64,000 nt of DNA, taken from Rhynchobatus australiae. Lineage: Eukaryota. The DNA is taken from NCBI GenBank assembly GCA_034780895.1, contig JAUZTB010000107.1, positions 100,461,783-100,525,782 on the forward strand, read 5' to 3'. Position 1 is the stretch's first letter. Each line of letters begins with the position of its first letter. Positions 39,460-53,875 of the stretch are shown piece by piece. The notes under the pieces are model-generated. The model saw only the letters and a program-made list of their open reading frames with translations, did not search any database and was not told where the DNA came from. The translations under genes were made by a program, and so were the position numbers.

Positions 39460-39750
39460 GAGATATTTATTGGTCACATGTACATTGACACACACAGTGA
39501 AATGCATCTTTTTGCATTACTGAGAATGTGCTGGGGCAGCCTGCAAGTGTCGCTGTTCTTCTGGCGCCAACGTAGCACGCCCACAACTTCCTAACCCGTA
39601 CGCCTTTGGAATGTGGGAGGAAACCAGAGCACCCGGAGGACAGCCACACAGACACGGGGAGAACATACAAACTCCTTACAGACAGTGGCGGGAATTGAAC
39701 CTGGGTTGCTGGCGCTGTAATAGTGTTACGCTAAACACTACATTACTGTG
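39460..39750 (-). mobile_element. V-domain SINE, same family as 968-1243
   Basis: Reverse complement aligns along its length with 968-1243 (B-box GGAATTGAACC on + strand at ~39691-39701). Confidence 0.85.
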
Positions 39751-39809
39751 ATATACAAATCCTGCACTAATTTGACTCTATTCTCCCAACATTCCTATCA
39801 CTTGTCTAC

Positions 39810-40000
39810 ATACCAGGGATAATTTAGTGGCTAATTAAGCTACCAACCTACATCATTGGGATGTGGAAGGAAAGCAGTGCACCTGGAAGAAACTCATATA
39901 GTCCAGAGGGTGTGCGAATTCCACATGATAGAGTTGGAGTTAAGGATTGAACCTGGGTCGCTGGAGCTGTGAGGCAGCAGCTCTACTAGCTATGCCATTA
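39810..40000 (-). mobile_element. Older V-domain SINE
   Basis: GGGATGTGGAAGGAAAGCAGTGCACCTGGAAGAAAC...GGATTGAACCTGGGTCGCTGGAGCTGTGAGGCAGCAGCTCTAC: reverse of tRNA head plus V core. Confidence 0.7.
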
Positions 40001-40759
40001 TACTACCCACAGAAGCAGTTTGTCCACTATTATTACCTGATTCAATAATAAAATGCCTTTTGCATACATTGTCAAATAAAATGCATTGCAGATTGACTCT
40101 ATACGGTACTTCAGAATAGTGGCTTAAGTTAAATGGTACCATTTGCTTATTTAAGAGGTCTGCCAATCTAAGGTAGATAAGAAACTTGCATGATTAAAAT
40201 CAGTGGAAGAGATACTGTAGACTTAACTGACAATGAAATGTGCAAAACAAAATGTCAGGTGGAAAGGTGATTTTTAAAAAAATATTATTAATTTGATTAG
40301 GTGGTAGTTACTAACACAAGCTGTTTCTGCTGCAACAACACTATGGAAGCTTTTGATATTCCAGTTGATACAGGTTGCCCTGTTAGTAAGATGTCTTATT
40401 ATATTAATCTTAAGAAACAACATTCAAGTTCTTGAGAATGAATTTTGCTGAATTGTTTCACAGGTCTGCATTTAAATCTTTTATTTGCATTTCTGTTCTG
40501 ACTCTTTATTTTGTGATGTAACCATTATTTAAAAGGGTCAAAAATAAATAGTCATAGGTATAGAGTTTACCAGCCTTTGTCTTGTGTTTGTCTTATTATC
40601 TGAAAATGGATTCTTTTCCCTCTAAAGTGTTCTTCCTCCTTGTTTGAGGATTACTTGCATTTCTATTCTCTGGTGTCTCTGTTGGCTGAGCACAAGGTTG
40701 GTAGACACTCCCACAAGTGAGGCAGGAAGTGCTTGACAGGGTGATGCGAGGCTTCATTT

Positions 40760-40990
40760 CAATATGGTTTATTATCACTGATGTATGTTGTGAAATTTGT
40801 TGTTTTTCTGCAGCAGCATGGTGCAAAGTTACAAAATATTTCAAAAAAGTGTTTATGGACCGTTCAGAAATCTGATGGCGGAGAGGAAGAAGCTACCCAT
40901 AAGTCATTGAGTGTGGGTCTTCAGGCTCCTGTACCACCTCTCTGATGGTAGTAACATGAAGAGGGCATGTCCTGGGTGATGAGGGTCCGT
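40760..40990 (-). mobile_element. Rex1/Babar LINE 3' end
   Basis: Homologous to 200-460. Confidence 0.75.
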
Positions 40991-43900
40991 GTCCTGTCTG
41001 CTCTTGATAAATGGGGCTCAGTTCTCAAAAGCCATGCCTAAAGCTGGTCCATTTTAAGTGCCTACAGGGTCAGCGCCTCATGAGTCAGTGAGAATGTTGT
41101 GCTTTTTGAGATGGGGGTTGGTGTCTTTTTCTGGAGTTTGTTTTGGCAGTGTGAATGACGTGAGCTGTCCATCGGAGCCAATTGAGAAGTATTTAGGATC
41201 TTAATGTTGTAGATGGTGCTCTGGGAGAGGGCACCAACTTTGATTTGCTTATTCTGCAGAGCATTTGGAAGATTTTGTGGAGACTATGTTGATGCAGTCT
41301 CTCTATGGCAGACATAGACAGTTGATGACTCAAGTCTCAAGCAAGGCAAGGATCACTTCTGTCTGATAAACCTGGCACAAAGTTTATGGACTGAGATTTG
41401 ATCTGAGAAAACAGCTACTCAGACGGGCAAAGACTGTGCTGGCGCATGGAAAGTAATAGTGAATTTCATCAATGTCTTCCTCTAAATTGTAATGGTATGG
41501 GAACAAACACATTGAAATTGTGTCATCCTGGGGTTACAGGATGGAAGTGTCATGGGATCATTTTTTGTCATATCCTCTTGTGTTTCTTGCAATGAATAAT
41601 ATAGCTGTTGTTTCTAAGCCACCTGTTTTGATTTGTCCAGCCCTATTACTCAGCCACATCGGCTATTGCTTGCATTTCTGAACTTTGTTTTTACATTAAC
41701 CTATTTGGAAGCAACATATGGCCATTTTTAAAAATTAAATTAGCTTCTTAATATCTGACAGGTTTAATGGAGGAACTTGTAGAATTCTTGAGGGAGTGTG
41801 AGAACAATGTGAAAGCAGAATTATTGGGAGAGAACAGCAGTCAGACATGGCTCACTGTGAAGAAGTGAATTACTGACAGGAATGTATTTGAAACACTGCA
41901 AACTGAACTGAGTGAAAGGCCAGAAAGTGAAATTTCTAGCATAAATGTCCAAAGTAGCTAAACATAACATTGGACAAGATTGAAGGCCAGAGGAAGTTGA
42001 CCATTGTGCAGATTTAAGAAAAACACTGGGTTTGTAGTTATACTTTTCACTAAACTTTTTTTTCAAAAATATACTTAATATAATTGCAAATGTAACACTG
42101 GGCATTTGTACTATTTGTAATACAGNNNNNNNNNNNNNNNNNNNNNNTGATATCAATTTTCCTGTTTCTTTACTAGATGCTCCAGGGATTTTTTGCACAG
42201 TTTCCATGCCCTTTAGTGTGCAACAACAGGATGCCCTCGGAGTCTTTGTGGCCAGTGAACCAAGCTTCAGCGAATCCATTGGCATATAGTCCTGCACTTG
42301 GGAATGTCAAGCAGAAAGCAATGTCCGGCAGCAATGCAGTCAGAACCCCCCTTCCCAGCTCTGGGGAAATTCCATATACAATGCCACTTGCTGTTTGTGT
42401 AATTAGGATCTGTGCACAGCTGGAGTTAACCATCAAGATTATGGCCATGTTGAGTACTACTTCCTTTGGAAATATGTGCATTGTGCCTGTGAACACATTC
42501 CATTTTTGATCACAAGATAAACAGTAAGCTGGATGTGGACAACATCAAGACCAAAAGCATCTTGCACATGGTGACCAGGCTTTTTCCTGCAATCAAAGTT
42601 GCACTGTGACCAATTTTCCAATTTGTTTTCCACACTTTTATTTGCTCCCTGTGGCTCCTCTGAGCTTTTTCCTCAGCATCTTCAAATAATCCAGCTCTAA
42701 ATAATTTCCAACATGGCAGTCTTTTTCTAGTAACTTAACGCAACTAATTTGCAGTTTTGATTCATTTGGACATAATTATATTTTGCTCATCCACCCTCCT
42801 GTCAACTTGAGTGAACTTGTAAGTATGTATTTTCAGCAAATAGCCTATTAAATAACTGTGCCTCTTGCATTTCTTGGTATATCCATTTCCTTCATCCTTC
42901 AAAACCCACATCTCTGTTACATATACCTCCACACATAAGTTTACTTATTTTTCTCCATGTTATGGTGTTCACCTCCCTGCTGTGCCCTCACTTCAAATCA
43001 TTGCCTTTGTTAGGGTGTGATGTCACTAGAACCAATCAACTTGCAGAGGTAATTGTGTTTTTTAATGCTTGTAAATGATGAGAAGTGGTTGATTTCAGCT
43101 GGACCTCACAATATTCAGAGGTGTTATATTTCCATCAGATCTCACTGCATAGTATTTGGCTGTGGGCACCCTAGCTGATTATCCTTCTGGCACTACTTCT
43201 CATTTGAAATCGCCCTCTTTTCCATTTCCCTCCCCACCCCACCCCATCCCACCCCCAAACAGACACCAATAGTTCCCGTCACTGAGTCCAATATGTCACT
43301 CCATCTGGAGTTGCTTCACAGGTTGGAGATTAGATTGCTGTTGGCAACTAGGAATAAAGATTTCCATCTCTACCGATTTATAATTTACCTCATACCTTGA
43401 ACTTAAAAACATTTTTATGAAGGTTGATCATTGCAGCCAAGACCAGTATTTATTGTAAACCTCCAATTATGCTTGAATTGAGTAGTTTGCTGGGCCATTT
43501 CGGAAGACATTTGTTAGCTGCATTGCTATGGATCTGGAATAGGCCAGACCTAGTAGAGATGGCAGAGTTCCATGCTAAATGGTATCAATGAACCAAGTCA
43601 GCTTTTTATGACATTCCAGTGGTTTAATGGTCGTCATCACTGGTGGGAGGTTTTTATTCCAGATTTATTTAATTAGCTAAAATTAAATTCTCCATTTGCT
43701 ACAATGAGATTTAATTTTGTTAATCAATGCTCCAGACTTCCTGGCTTATTGTGAGACATCAGTGNNNNNNNNNNNNNNNNNNNNNNNNNNNNNNNNNNNN
43801 NNNNNNNNNNNNNNNNNNNNNNNNNNNNNNNNNNNNNNNNNNNNNNNNNNNNNNNNNNNNNNNNNNNNNNNNNNNNNNNNNNNNNNNNNNNNNNNNNNNN

Positions 43901-46769
43901 NNNNNNNNNNNNNNNNNNNNNNNNNNNNNNNNNNNNNNNNNNNNNNNNNNNNNNNNNNNNNNNNNNNNNNNNNNNNNNNNNNNNNNNNNNNNNNNNNNNN
44001 NNNNNNNNNNNNNNNNNNNNNNNNNNNNNNNNNNNNNNNNNNNNNNNNNNNNNNNNNNNNNNNNNNNNNNNNNNNNNNNNNNNNNNNNNNNNNNNNNNNN
44101 NNNNNNNNNNNNNNNNNNNNNNNNNNNNNNNNNNNNNNNNNNCATTGAAATCTGAAGGTGGGGTTGGTGGGAGGCTTTGGTGATGGTGGAAGCAGTGCTA
44201 GCAACATTCACCAGGTCAGATAGCATCTGAGGAGAGAAACAGTTAATGTTTCAACTCGACCATTCATTCAAATGAGATAACTTTGCAGAGGTGGAGAGAA
44301 CAAAGTAAATGTTAATTCTCCATCCCACTCGCCTCTGCTCTTGGTCTCATACACTGTTCTAATGAAGCCAAAGTAAGCTCAAGGGGCAGTGCTGCATGTT
44401 GCGTCCCTCATCCAACATTGAATTAAACAATTTCAGATAACCAGTTTCTCCTGTTTCTGTTAGATGCTGCCTGTTCTAGAACATTTAGCAGTTCAGTTCT
44501 GCAGAGTTTTTTTTCCAGCATCTGCCATTCAGAGCTCCAACATATGTTCCTGTGTTTTCTCTTTAACTATTCTCATTCATCTACTGCTCTAAAAAAAGTC
44601 CACTTTTGTCCCTTCTGCAACTTTAGATACTTATTTTCTCACTTTTCCAGTTTTGGTGAAGGGCATGAACTCCCCCTCCCCTTCCCCCTAGTATTTTCAG
44701 CACTTTCATTTTATGATACAGTATAATTCTCTATAAACTTGCAAGGCTTTTAGTCTGATAGACCCAGTTGAAAATTAAGAGGAAAACAATTGTTAAGGCA
44801 TTGTTTGAATATTTAATCACATTAATTCTTGAAATTATTTAAGCATCTACTTGAATTTTGTCTGTTTTAACAACATAGTTTGTGTATTTCCATTTGACGT
44901 GAAGCTCCCGCTGTTGAGGCTGAAACGGTTCCCATATTTGTGCTGAAATTTGGCCAGTGCCAGTTTGTATGAAATATTTTGGTTTCACGTTCTCTCTAAT
45001 ACCTCTAGAAATTGCTATTAATAAGAATCTGAGTTATATCTTAAAATTGGTAAATTGAAAAATAGTTACAGCTGGGTGTTAGGACAAGGGATTAAACTGA
45101 AGTGCAAGTGTGAATGTGACTATTAAAGGGCTAAAGGGCTTGAAGGCAGGGAGGTTAGTCTGCCAAGTATCTGTAAACTGACTCACTGCTTAAACGTTCA
45201 TTCTAACCCTTCCTTTTCCTGTGCTTTGTGAGTAAGGTCGCCGGATTTGATTTAAATCATTTAGTGACTCTCAGATTTTTTTTGTATGAATGTATCCGAA
45301 ACTGCTTTCTCCAAGCCATTGTGAATGAATTCCATACAAGTTGGCTGTGAAATTGTGTTTGTGCATTACCATTCATCTCTAAAACACCTTTCAAGATTCC
45401 ACAACCAAAGAAATGCTTCTATTAAGTATATGATTAAATCCTGGGGAAAGTGTTCCATTTGCCCATTTTCCACAAAGCAAGTTCTCACCTACTGTGATAA
45501 TGACAAAATCTGTTTTGGTGATTGTGTTTGAGGCTGGGGCATGCTGAAGGATTTCTTGCCCTGAGTAGTTCAGTTGGATCTGCTGAATCTATAGGAATGT
45601 CTAATGTCAAGTCTGAAAGGTTGTCCCTTCAACATGCGGTGTACTTATTACCCAGTTATGTTCTCATGTTTATGGGTTGAAGCATAAACCTGTAATCCTC
45701 TGACGTACAGGTGAATTCCACCAGTGAGGCATTGTTGACCCTATGACTCAAATTAGTCACCTGCAAAATTTGTTTGAAGTTTCTTTAGTTACCTCATTAT
45801 CCTGAAGCAATTCCAGACTAGGGTGTGTCCAAGTGTACCTGTGATTCCCATCCTTCTGCTATTGCATATCTAAAAGGCATTGGCTTGTATTCTTGTGTCA
45901 AGGGGCAAGCCCTCAACACTTAATGTACAGAATTGCATGCGTAACACTTTTTATCCCTTCTGGAAATTAACTGAAATTCTTTAAGAATATTTTAACATGC
46001 AGAAAGCTATAGTTAAATTCTTGCTTTAAAGAAAAAATATAGTTTGCCTTGAAATTAATGGAACTATGAACTTGGGTTACATAGATCTGGTCGTAAGTGA
46101 TAAACCATCATAACTCGCAGTGCCAGATAGTTTTCATACTCTTTATCTAGAAATGTTACTAAATTTAAAAAAGCTGGGAAAAAAGTTACTAAATTAACAA
46201 TGTGAAAATGTTGATATGCTGACAAAGGTAAAAGTTTCACCAGAGCAAGCAGCCAATTCACAGTAAACTGAACTAATTTGTACATTTGCATTGGATGGAA
46301 TTCTGAGAAAAAGAATTNNNNNNNNNNNNNNNNNNNNNNNNNNNNNNNNNNNNNNNNNNNNNNNNNNNNNNNNNNNNNNNNNNNNNNNNNNNNNNNNNNN
46401 NNNNNNNNNNNNNNNNNNNNNNNNNNNNNNNNNNNNNNNNNNNNNNNNNNNNNNNNNNNNNNNNNNNNNNNNNNNNNNNNNNNNNNNNNNNNNNNNNNNN
46501 NNNNNNNNNNNNNNNNNNNNNNNNNNNNNNNNNNNNNNNNNNNNNNNNNNNNNNNNNNNNNNNNNNNNNNNNNNNNNNNNNNNNNNNNNNNNNNNNNNNN
46601 NNNNNNNNNNNACCTCTTGGAGTGCATTCTTTGTATTTCATTTGTATGCATCAAGGTCCTGCATACATCAATATAATTGTGGTTATATAAAGTCTCCATT
46701 TACTCATGAATGCAGAGGGCTAGTTGAGGTTCCAAAATGTTCTTTACATCAATCTTCACAAGTAAGAAG

Positions 46770-47698
46770 TGACTGCTGGAGTCTCACCTAAACTGCTGAA
46801 GTGGAGGTATTAGAAATGCCTATGGCACTGAGTGTGGATAAATCACCTGGTCCTGGTGGGTGCACCCTAGTGCTGACGGAGGAAAATGCAGAGGCTCTGG
46901 CTATAATCTTCCAACAATACAAGGGGTGTGCCTCAGGACTGGAAAATTGCCAACATTGACCCCTTTTTCAAAAAAAATGTGCATAGAAATCAAGTAACTT
47001 GCAGATCTGTAATCACTAGATGGGGTAAGTTCTGGAAGCAGTAATCAGGGACAGAATGATGAACCTTGTTTAAAACGCTGGTTTGGCCACATCTGAAGTA
47101 GTGTATACCATTCAGGATGCCAAACTTCAGGAAAGATACAAAGGCCTTGGAGAGGTTGCATAACAGATATATTGAGATGATTCTAGGAATCAGACGTGGA
47201 TAGACTGGAGAAGCTGGGATTGTTCCCCTTGGAATGGGATATTATGAGGAGATCTGGTAGAAGCATTTAAAAATCATGAAAGATGTTAATAGAGAAACCA
47301 TAAGCAGTGGGGTCATGAATTTGGGAGGCAAAGAATGAAAATAACTAGCAAAAGAACCACGAAGTGATACTTTTACCCCACATGGTTAACAGGTGTGGAA
47401 TGCAGTGCTGAGGTAGCAGTGGAGGCGGATTCAACTGTAGAGTTCAAAGGGGAGCTGAATAAGTGTGTAACAGCAGGGGAATTGCAGAGCTATATCGGTG
47501 GGTGTGGGGGGGGGGGTTGCGGATGCTAATAAGACTTTCTGGATTGTTCTCGCATATGCCTGATATAGTACCATGGGCTGAATGGCCTCTGATGTAACCA
47601 TTCTGAATATAATGTTGAGGAAGGTATATGGCGTATTGTCCTTCATCAGTTGGGGAATTGAATTTAGAAGCCGGGAGGCATTGCTGCAGCTTTATAGG
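46770..47698 (+). mobile_element. Decayed CR1 LINE fragments
   Basis: DKSPGP-like GATAAATCACCTGGTCCTG; GGCCACATCTGAAGTAGTGT...GGCCTTGGAGAGGTTGCA...GACTGGAGAAGCTGGGATTGTT; second fragment KVYGVLSFISWGIEFRSREALLQLYR before the gap. Confidence 0.75.
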
Positions 47699-50600
47699 NN
47701 NNNNNNNNNNNNNNNNNNNNNNNNNNNNNNNNNNNNNNNNNNNNNNNNNNNNNNNNNNNNNNNNNNNNNNNNNNNNNNNNNNNNNNNNNNNNNNNNNNNN
47801 NNNNNNNNNNNNNNNNNNNNNNNNNNNNNNNNNNNNNNNNNNNNNNNNNNNNNNNNNNNNNNNNNNNNNNNNNNNNNNNNNNNNNNNNNNNNNNNNNNNN
47901 NNNNNNNNNNNNNNNNNNNNNNNNNNNNNNNNNNNNNNNNNNNNNNNNNNNNNNNNNNNNNNNNNNNNNNNNNNNNNNNNNNNNNNNNNNNNNNNNNNNN
48001 NNNNNNNNNNNNNNNNNNNNNNNNNNNNNNNNNNNNNNNNNNNNNNNNNNNNNNNNNNNNNNNNNNNNNNNNNNNNNNNNNNNNNNNNNNNNNNNNNNNN
48101 NNNNNNNNNNNNNNNNNNNNNNNNNNNNNNNNNNNNNNNNNNNNNNNNNNNNNNNNNNNNNNNNNNNNNNNNNNNNNNNNNNNNNNNNNNNNNNNNNNNN
48201 NNNNNNNNNNNNNNNNNNNNNNNNNNNNNNNNNNNNNNNNNNNNNNNNNNNNNNNNNNNNNNNNNNNNNNNNNNNNNNNNNNNNNNNNNNNNNNNNNNNN
48301 NNNNNNNNNNNNNNNNNNNNNNAAATCACAACTTTTAGTGGTCCATCACTTCTTAAAGGGAATAAAAACTATTTGCTTTAGCAATTAATGCCAAACTTTT
48401 GGGGAGTGCTTTCAACAAGCAACTGATGTAAATGCATCTGTTTCTCACCATTTTTATTAGTGCACTAACCCATAAATATTTGATGTATGTTCTGGCCCTT
48501 GCTGCATTGTGTTTGTTGCGCAGATTTGTTGGCATGATATTGAACGGTTAAGAGTTGTGGTTTGTTAGCAATATTCCAAAATGATTATTCAAAGAAACTG
48601 AATTGGTTCCAGATTCATTATTTTGGCTGGGAGTCTTTAGGGAAGGCAAGATGGAAAGTTGCTCATCTCCATGTGACTTGTGTTCTATGACTACAATTCA
48701 GGCATACTTAGATCTGTTAGAAACAAATGTGCTTTGCTTTTGCTGGCTGGCACATTGTCATTGATCATCACATTAATGAAGTGAAAATTTAAATTTTGGT
48801 TACATGTAATTAGTTGCTGCAATCCTAATTTATGTATGTAGCTTAATCCTTTTGAAATGATTAAGCACATTCTAAATTTTACCATTAGAATTTGAATTGA
48901 GTTCTTTTGTGGAAGGAAATCTGCTTGCAAAAGTTAAGCAGATGTTGTAACAAAGTGAGTTCAGGTAAAAAAAACTATTGCCTTTTAATTGAGGATAAAC
49001 TATTAGTGTGGAGTTGTCCTTTAGATTTCCTGCATGCAAGTGACCCCTGCATTAGGCCGTTTAGGTTATGGAAATTCACCCTTAAAGAATTCACAAATCA
49101 CTATCCAAAAATTTGAGGTATGGAATAAAATGCACCCTCACAAAATTAATGTGGGGGATAAAATAAATAAACCAACACTTATTTCAACTCTCATTTCTTG
49201 ATGTGGCTTCATGTTACAGAAAATCATGATACGGACTGTTTTCTAGGAATGTGGCCCTCCCCTGTAGCAAGGTGGTCGTCTGTATTATGTTTGGGTATAA
49301 CCAGGTGTATGTACTGCAGCCACTGGAGGGCGTTGGTGCTCTTAAACCAGCTGATGTTTTGCAAGAACTATGCAGGGTATGGGAGGTTAACCACACTTGG
49401 GANNNNNNNNNNNNNNNNNNNNNNNNNNNNNNNNNNNNNNNNNNNNNNNNNNNNNNNNNNNNNNNNNNNNNNNNNNNNNNNNNNNNNNNNNNNNNNNNNN
49501 NNAACCACACTTGGGATTTGCAGTATTCTGGAATACTTGATGAGGGTTTTGTACGCATGGCCATGAATTAAAGTGCTTGGAGACTGCAGGTTTAATCAAT
49601 GCACCATTTCAAATATCGTCATTTGTTGCCCAGCTGGATCTGTGTATTGCAGAAGAGACAAGTCAATGTACTGATGTGTTTAATAGAAAAACAAAAATAA
49701 AAGCAGATCTTAAATGTTTGCTTTTGTACACCTTGTTTGGTTATGCAGCATTTGTTTAAACAGTCTGCATTCTAACATGTATTAATGTTACTTTTTATTT
49801 TAGGTTAGTTTTGGTGTAGGTTATACACAGGCAATTTTAAAACCTAAGTTCTTGCATCAGTATCTTTCTGCATAACTGCATACATTTCCCAATCCCACCC
49901 CACAACTGTAATTATTTTCGAGCAAAGATGGCAGTTCAGAAGCCAGGAGCATGGTATAATCAGAAACATCTGGATTTATATGCAGCTATTTAATTTCTAT
50001 AGCAGTCTGGAAGTGACAAATATTGATGTGATGCTGCCTTGTTAATATTCCTCCACCTGCTACCCAGTGTTTCCTAATCTTGGTTTATTTGGTGCTCGGA
50101 AATAGAAAACTAGTGTGTGTGCTAGTGAGGGAAAATGCTGGTCTGCTAGTTCTTTCCTCCCGTTTATGTCATCTTTCTCCCCCATCCCACCCCTCTCTCC
50201 ACTGGCAGAAATGGAGAATTTAACCCCTATTTTTCAATTGTTTCTGAAGTGGACGTTCTGAGTAAATTGGTGTGGGTGTCTGGTGTTGCCAGGGGTTAGT
50301 GTGAGAGGAACTTAGTATCGGGTAATAATGCAGACACAGAGGTTGCATTTCTGGAACTGATTCAGATATGACTGAGCTGGCCACATTCTGCAGTGCAGAA
50401 GAGATGCTGCAGTGTGCATGTGATGAGAATTTTTTTCCTGTATGAGTGCTGACTGCATATTGATTCAAGGTTTGCTACTGATGCAAAGTCACTTTTAAAT
50501 TTGTTTTTAATGTGGATGCATAGTGGTGCCTCATGAATGCTCAGAATTAAAAATTCACAAATTTCTCATTCTCTGCCTTCTGTAACGATCTGGGCAGTGT

Positions 50601-51365
50601 TGAGAACTGCTGTCCACAATTGGATGATTGAAGCCATGTGCTTAAATATAGTTCCTTGAATACTGGGCTATCTTTTAGTGCTCTTTGTTCACCAATGGCC
50701 ATATGACCACTTTGCACTGTCCACTCAGCTGTGGAACATTTGTGCTGTAACCACAAAGTCAGCCGAAACGCACGCTTATTCTTGATCATCTTGCAGCTAT
50801 AAATGCAGAATGGGGCAAAAATTGAGTGAGTGATATTTGCATACATTTGCATTAGTATGTTACTTTCACTGGTGGACAGTTCTAACAGACTCGTGAATAC
50901 TTTTAAACTGAACTAACACTACAACAAGATCTAAATGCACCTTACTTTGAATTTCAATTTCCTTATGGTTCATTACATGGTTTTTAATCGAATACTCCAT
51001 GGATACTTTGCAATGTACCTCTTTAGATCTATTTGGGGTGGATGCTGAAACCAAAATTGCTGATGAAAACCTACAAGCTCCAAAGAATCAATTCTCAAGG
51101 CAATACTCCAAGAACTTTTACCTAATATTTAAAAAATTGAGGCAACATGTTCATAGTGTAAAATAACCATTAGAAATAAATTTATTGGGGTTGAGTCGTA
51201 ATGGAAAATTAAGCTTATTTTTGTACTTGACGAACCAGAGTTGTATTTTTAGGTCTTGACTCTTAGCCAGACATAATCCAACTTCTATCCTGATTTGGAT
51301 AAGAATTACCATACCTTAATTGTCACAATTTCCTGGAAATCCTTGTCTAGGTACATCTATTATCA

Positions 51366-51439
51366 GTGGCAACTGTTTTGAATTGCTGCATTTAAGTATA
51401 TTATAATGGTTAAACGCAGTAATTCAAAACAGTTGCCAC
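51366..51439. repeat. Near-perfect inverted repeat (30-bp arms, 14-nt spacer)
   Basis: GTGGCAACTGTTTTGAATTGCTGCATTTAA (51366-51395) vs TTAAACGCAGTAATTCAAAACAGTTGCCAC (51410-51439): 28/30 Watson-Crick pairs. Confidence 0.92.
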
Positions 51440-52437
51440 CAGTAATTTGCAATGTGCAATAAATGTGCCCCCTGCCAGTATTCCTCAAATATTGAAGTTA
51501 AATATATTTTGAGTTTCCTGCATGCACTGCAAATTGAGCTGTTTTGGTTTTAATCCCAGCTGGTGGTTGACCTGTACCTGATCAAACTTGGCATGAGGAA
51601 ATTACTGTGTTTTGGAATAGGGATGATGTTGGAAGGATTTCATTTAATGCCAACTTATTGCCCTCTAAAGATAAGACAGCACCTTGACTTGTTCGACGAT
51701 TCTCATTTGGGAGGTTGATTTCTGAGGTATGTTAATCATATAGTAGTTGATGGCCAAAGGGATGCTGTATGGAAACATTCAGCCAGTTATTGATCCCTAT
51801 TGACATTAATAAGTCTATGTCGAATATGCAGTCATCACATACACTTGCGTTCCAATTTCCCCTCTTTAAATCCATGGGTCATGAACTGAGTTTTACTCGA
51901 ATTGTTTAGATGGTGTTTTTAATGTAGTAAGCCAACCCAACATGCTTCATAGCATAATCAGGCAAAAATTAACTGAAATATTGGGCTGGCTGACTAAACA
52001 GTTAATGAGAGAGTGATTCAGAATGCAAGGATTATCTAAAAGTTGGAGTTAGAAAGCCAGAGGTTTAGAGGAAGCTTTGGAGCTTAAGAATCAAGCCAGT
52101 GAGGGGCATGGCATTCAGTGATGCAACATAGGAAGTGTGAAAGACCACGGATGGGTGATTGCAGAGATCGAGGGCCCTATGATTGGTGGAGAATGCGAGA
52201 GTGGATGTCATGGATAGATTCGAACGCCGTAGAAATTGAGATATTTGTGAGCCATACCCAAACCAAAGGGAATTTTAGTTTGGGTGGCTGAGCATTTCTC
52301 CCTTGACTTTTATATGGCAACTTCCATGATGCCAGAGTTTCAATCACAAGTTCCCAGATTGGGAAATTGACAAGATCTTGTATCCCTTCAGCTGTGGCAT
52401 GTCATGTTTACTATTTGTATTATGCTTTTAGTAAATT

Positions 52438-52772
52438 AGGACAGCACAGTGGTTCAGCGAGTAGAACTGCTGCCTTAGCTTCAGAGACCTCCTGACCTCA
52501 GGGGCTGGCTATGTGGAGTTTGCATGTTCTCCCTGTGACTACATGGGTTTCCTCCCACATCCCAAAAACATGCGAATTGGAAGGTTAATTAGCCACTGTA
52601 AATTTCCATTAGTATGTAGATAAGTGGCAAAATCTGTGGGGAAGTTGATGAGAACGTGGGGAGAATAAAACATAGGTTTAATATAGGATTATTGTAAATA
52701 AGTGACTGGTTAACATGGATGTTAGGCTGAAGGTCCTGTTTTCATGCTATATCACAGAATGAATCTGACTCT
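52438..52772 (+). mobile_element. V-domain SINE with CR1-type tail
   Basis: tRNA-like head GGACAGCACAGTGGTTCAGCGAGTAGAACTGCTGCC; GTGGAGTTTGCATGTTCTCCCTGTGAC...GGGTTTCCTCCCACATCCCAAA; tail GGCTGAAGGTCCTGTTTTCATGCT. Confidence 0.75.
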
Positions 52773-53289
52773 AAATCATGTGCTTCATGAAAGCATTGTT
52801 AACCAAATTTTGACTGCAAGTCACATGAGGCATTAGTGTAAATCAGATAAGTAGATTTAAAGTATTGTCTTTCAGCAAAGGTTTCAGTGAGAATTCCAGA
52901 GTTTAGGACATTCATGTCTGAAAGCAAAATTACCCGTAATAGATCAATTTATATCAGTGATGGTAGATACCATAAGTGAGGGGTGTTATTGGAGGTTAGA
53001 TTAATAGAACTGAAGCCATGTAGGGACTAGGATACAATACTCATAATTTCAGAATCAAGACTTTGCTTGATCTGGACTCATCGTTGATCAGCCAGAACAA
53101 GGGTGCGATGGTGAACAGGATGATGCAAGTTAGGCAATTGACAGGTGATCTTGGTGCTGATTCAGTTCTGTCATCTGGATGCTCATCCTGTGGCCTTGTA
53201 TAACTCCAAGTTTGCAAGCATGGTTAAAACTTGGGCAGTTGCCACTGAGGTGAAATTGGCGGTTCTGGAAATGTCAGTGGTTATGATCA

Positions 53290-53875
53290 TAAATTTCTGT
53301 GCAATTGAGTACAATAATTGGGTCATTATGTTATGCCTGTACAAAGGTGCTGGTGAGACCACACGGAGTATTGTGTGCAATTGTAGTGCTGAGCTGCAAG
53401 AAGGATGTCATTAAGCTGGAAAGGGTGCAGAAAAGATTCACAAGGATGTTACTCAGACAGGAGGGCTTGAGTTATAAGGAGAGACTGGATAGGCTGGGGC
53501 TTTTCCTTGGAGCATAGGAGGCTGAGGGATGACCTTATTGGAGGTGTATAAAATCACAGGGAGCACAGGCTGGTCATAGTCTTTTCCCTAGGGTAGGGGA
53601 ATCTATTTAAGGTAAGGGGGGGAAGATTAAAAGGGGATGTGAGGAGCAGCTTTTACAGAGTGTTGGTTATGTGGCCCAAGCTGCCAGAGGAAGTGGTTAG
53701 AGGCAGATGCAGTTACAATGTTTAAAAGGCATTTAAACATCTGCTTGGGTAGGAAAGGTTTAGTGGGATATGGGCCAAATGCAGGCATGTGGCACTAGCT
53801 CAGGGAGGCAGCTTGGTTGGGAAGGGTGAATTGGGCCAAAGGGCCTGTTATCCTGCTGGATAACTCTGACTCTGT
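53290..53875 (+). mobile_element. CR1 LINE 3' region (ORF2 C-terminus remnant)
   Basis: LVRPH...KKDVIKLERVQKRFTRML...GLSYKERLDRLGLF, typical CR1 ORF2 C-terminal peptide, with frameshifts; CR1 tail GGGCCAAAGGGCCTGTT. Confidence 0.85.

Noticed and set aside
41060-41170. AP-1 TGAGTCA and CRE-like TGACGTGA sites (also TGACTCA near 45179)
   Set aside because: Short motifs expected by chance in 64 kb; no supporting context.
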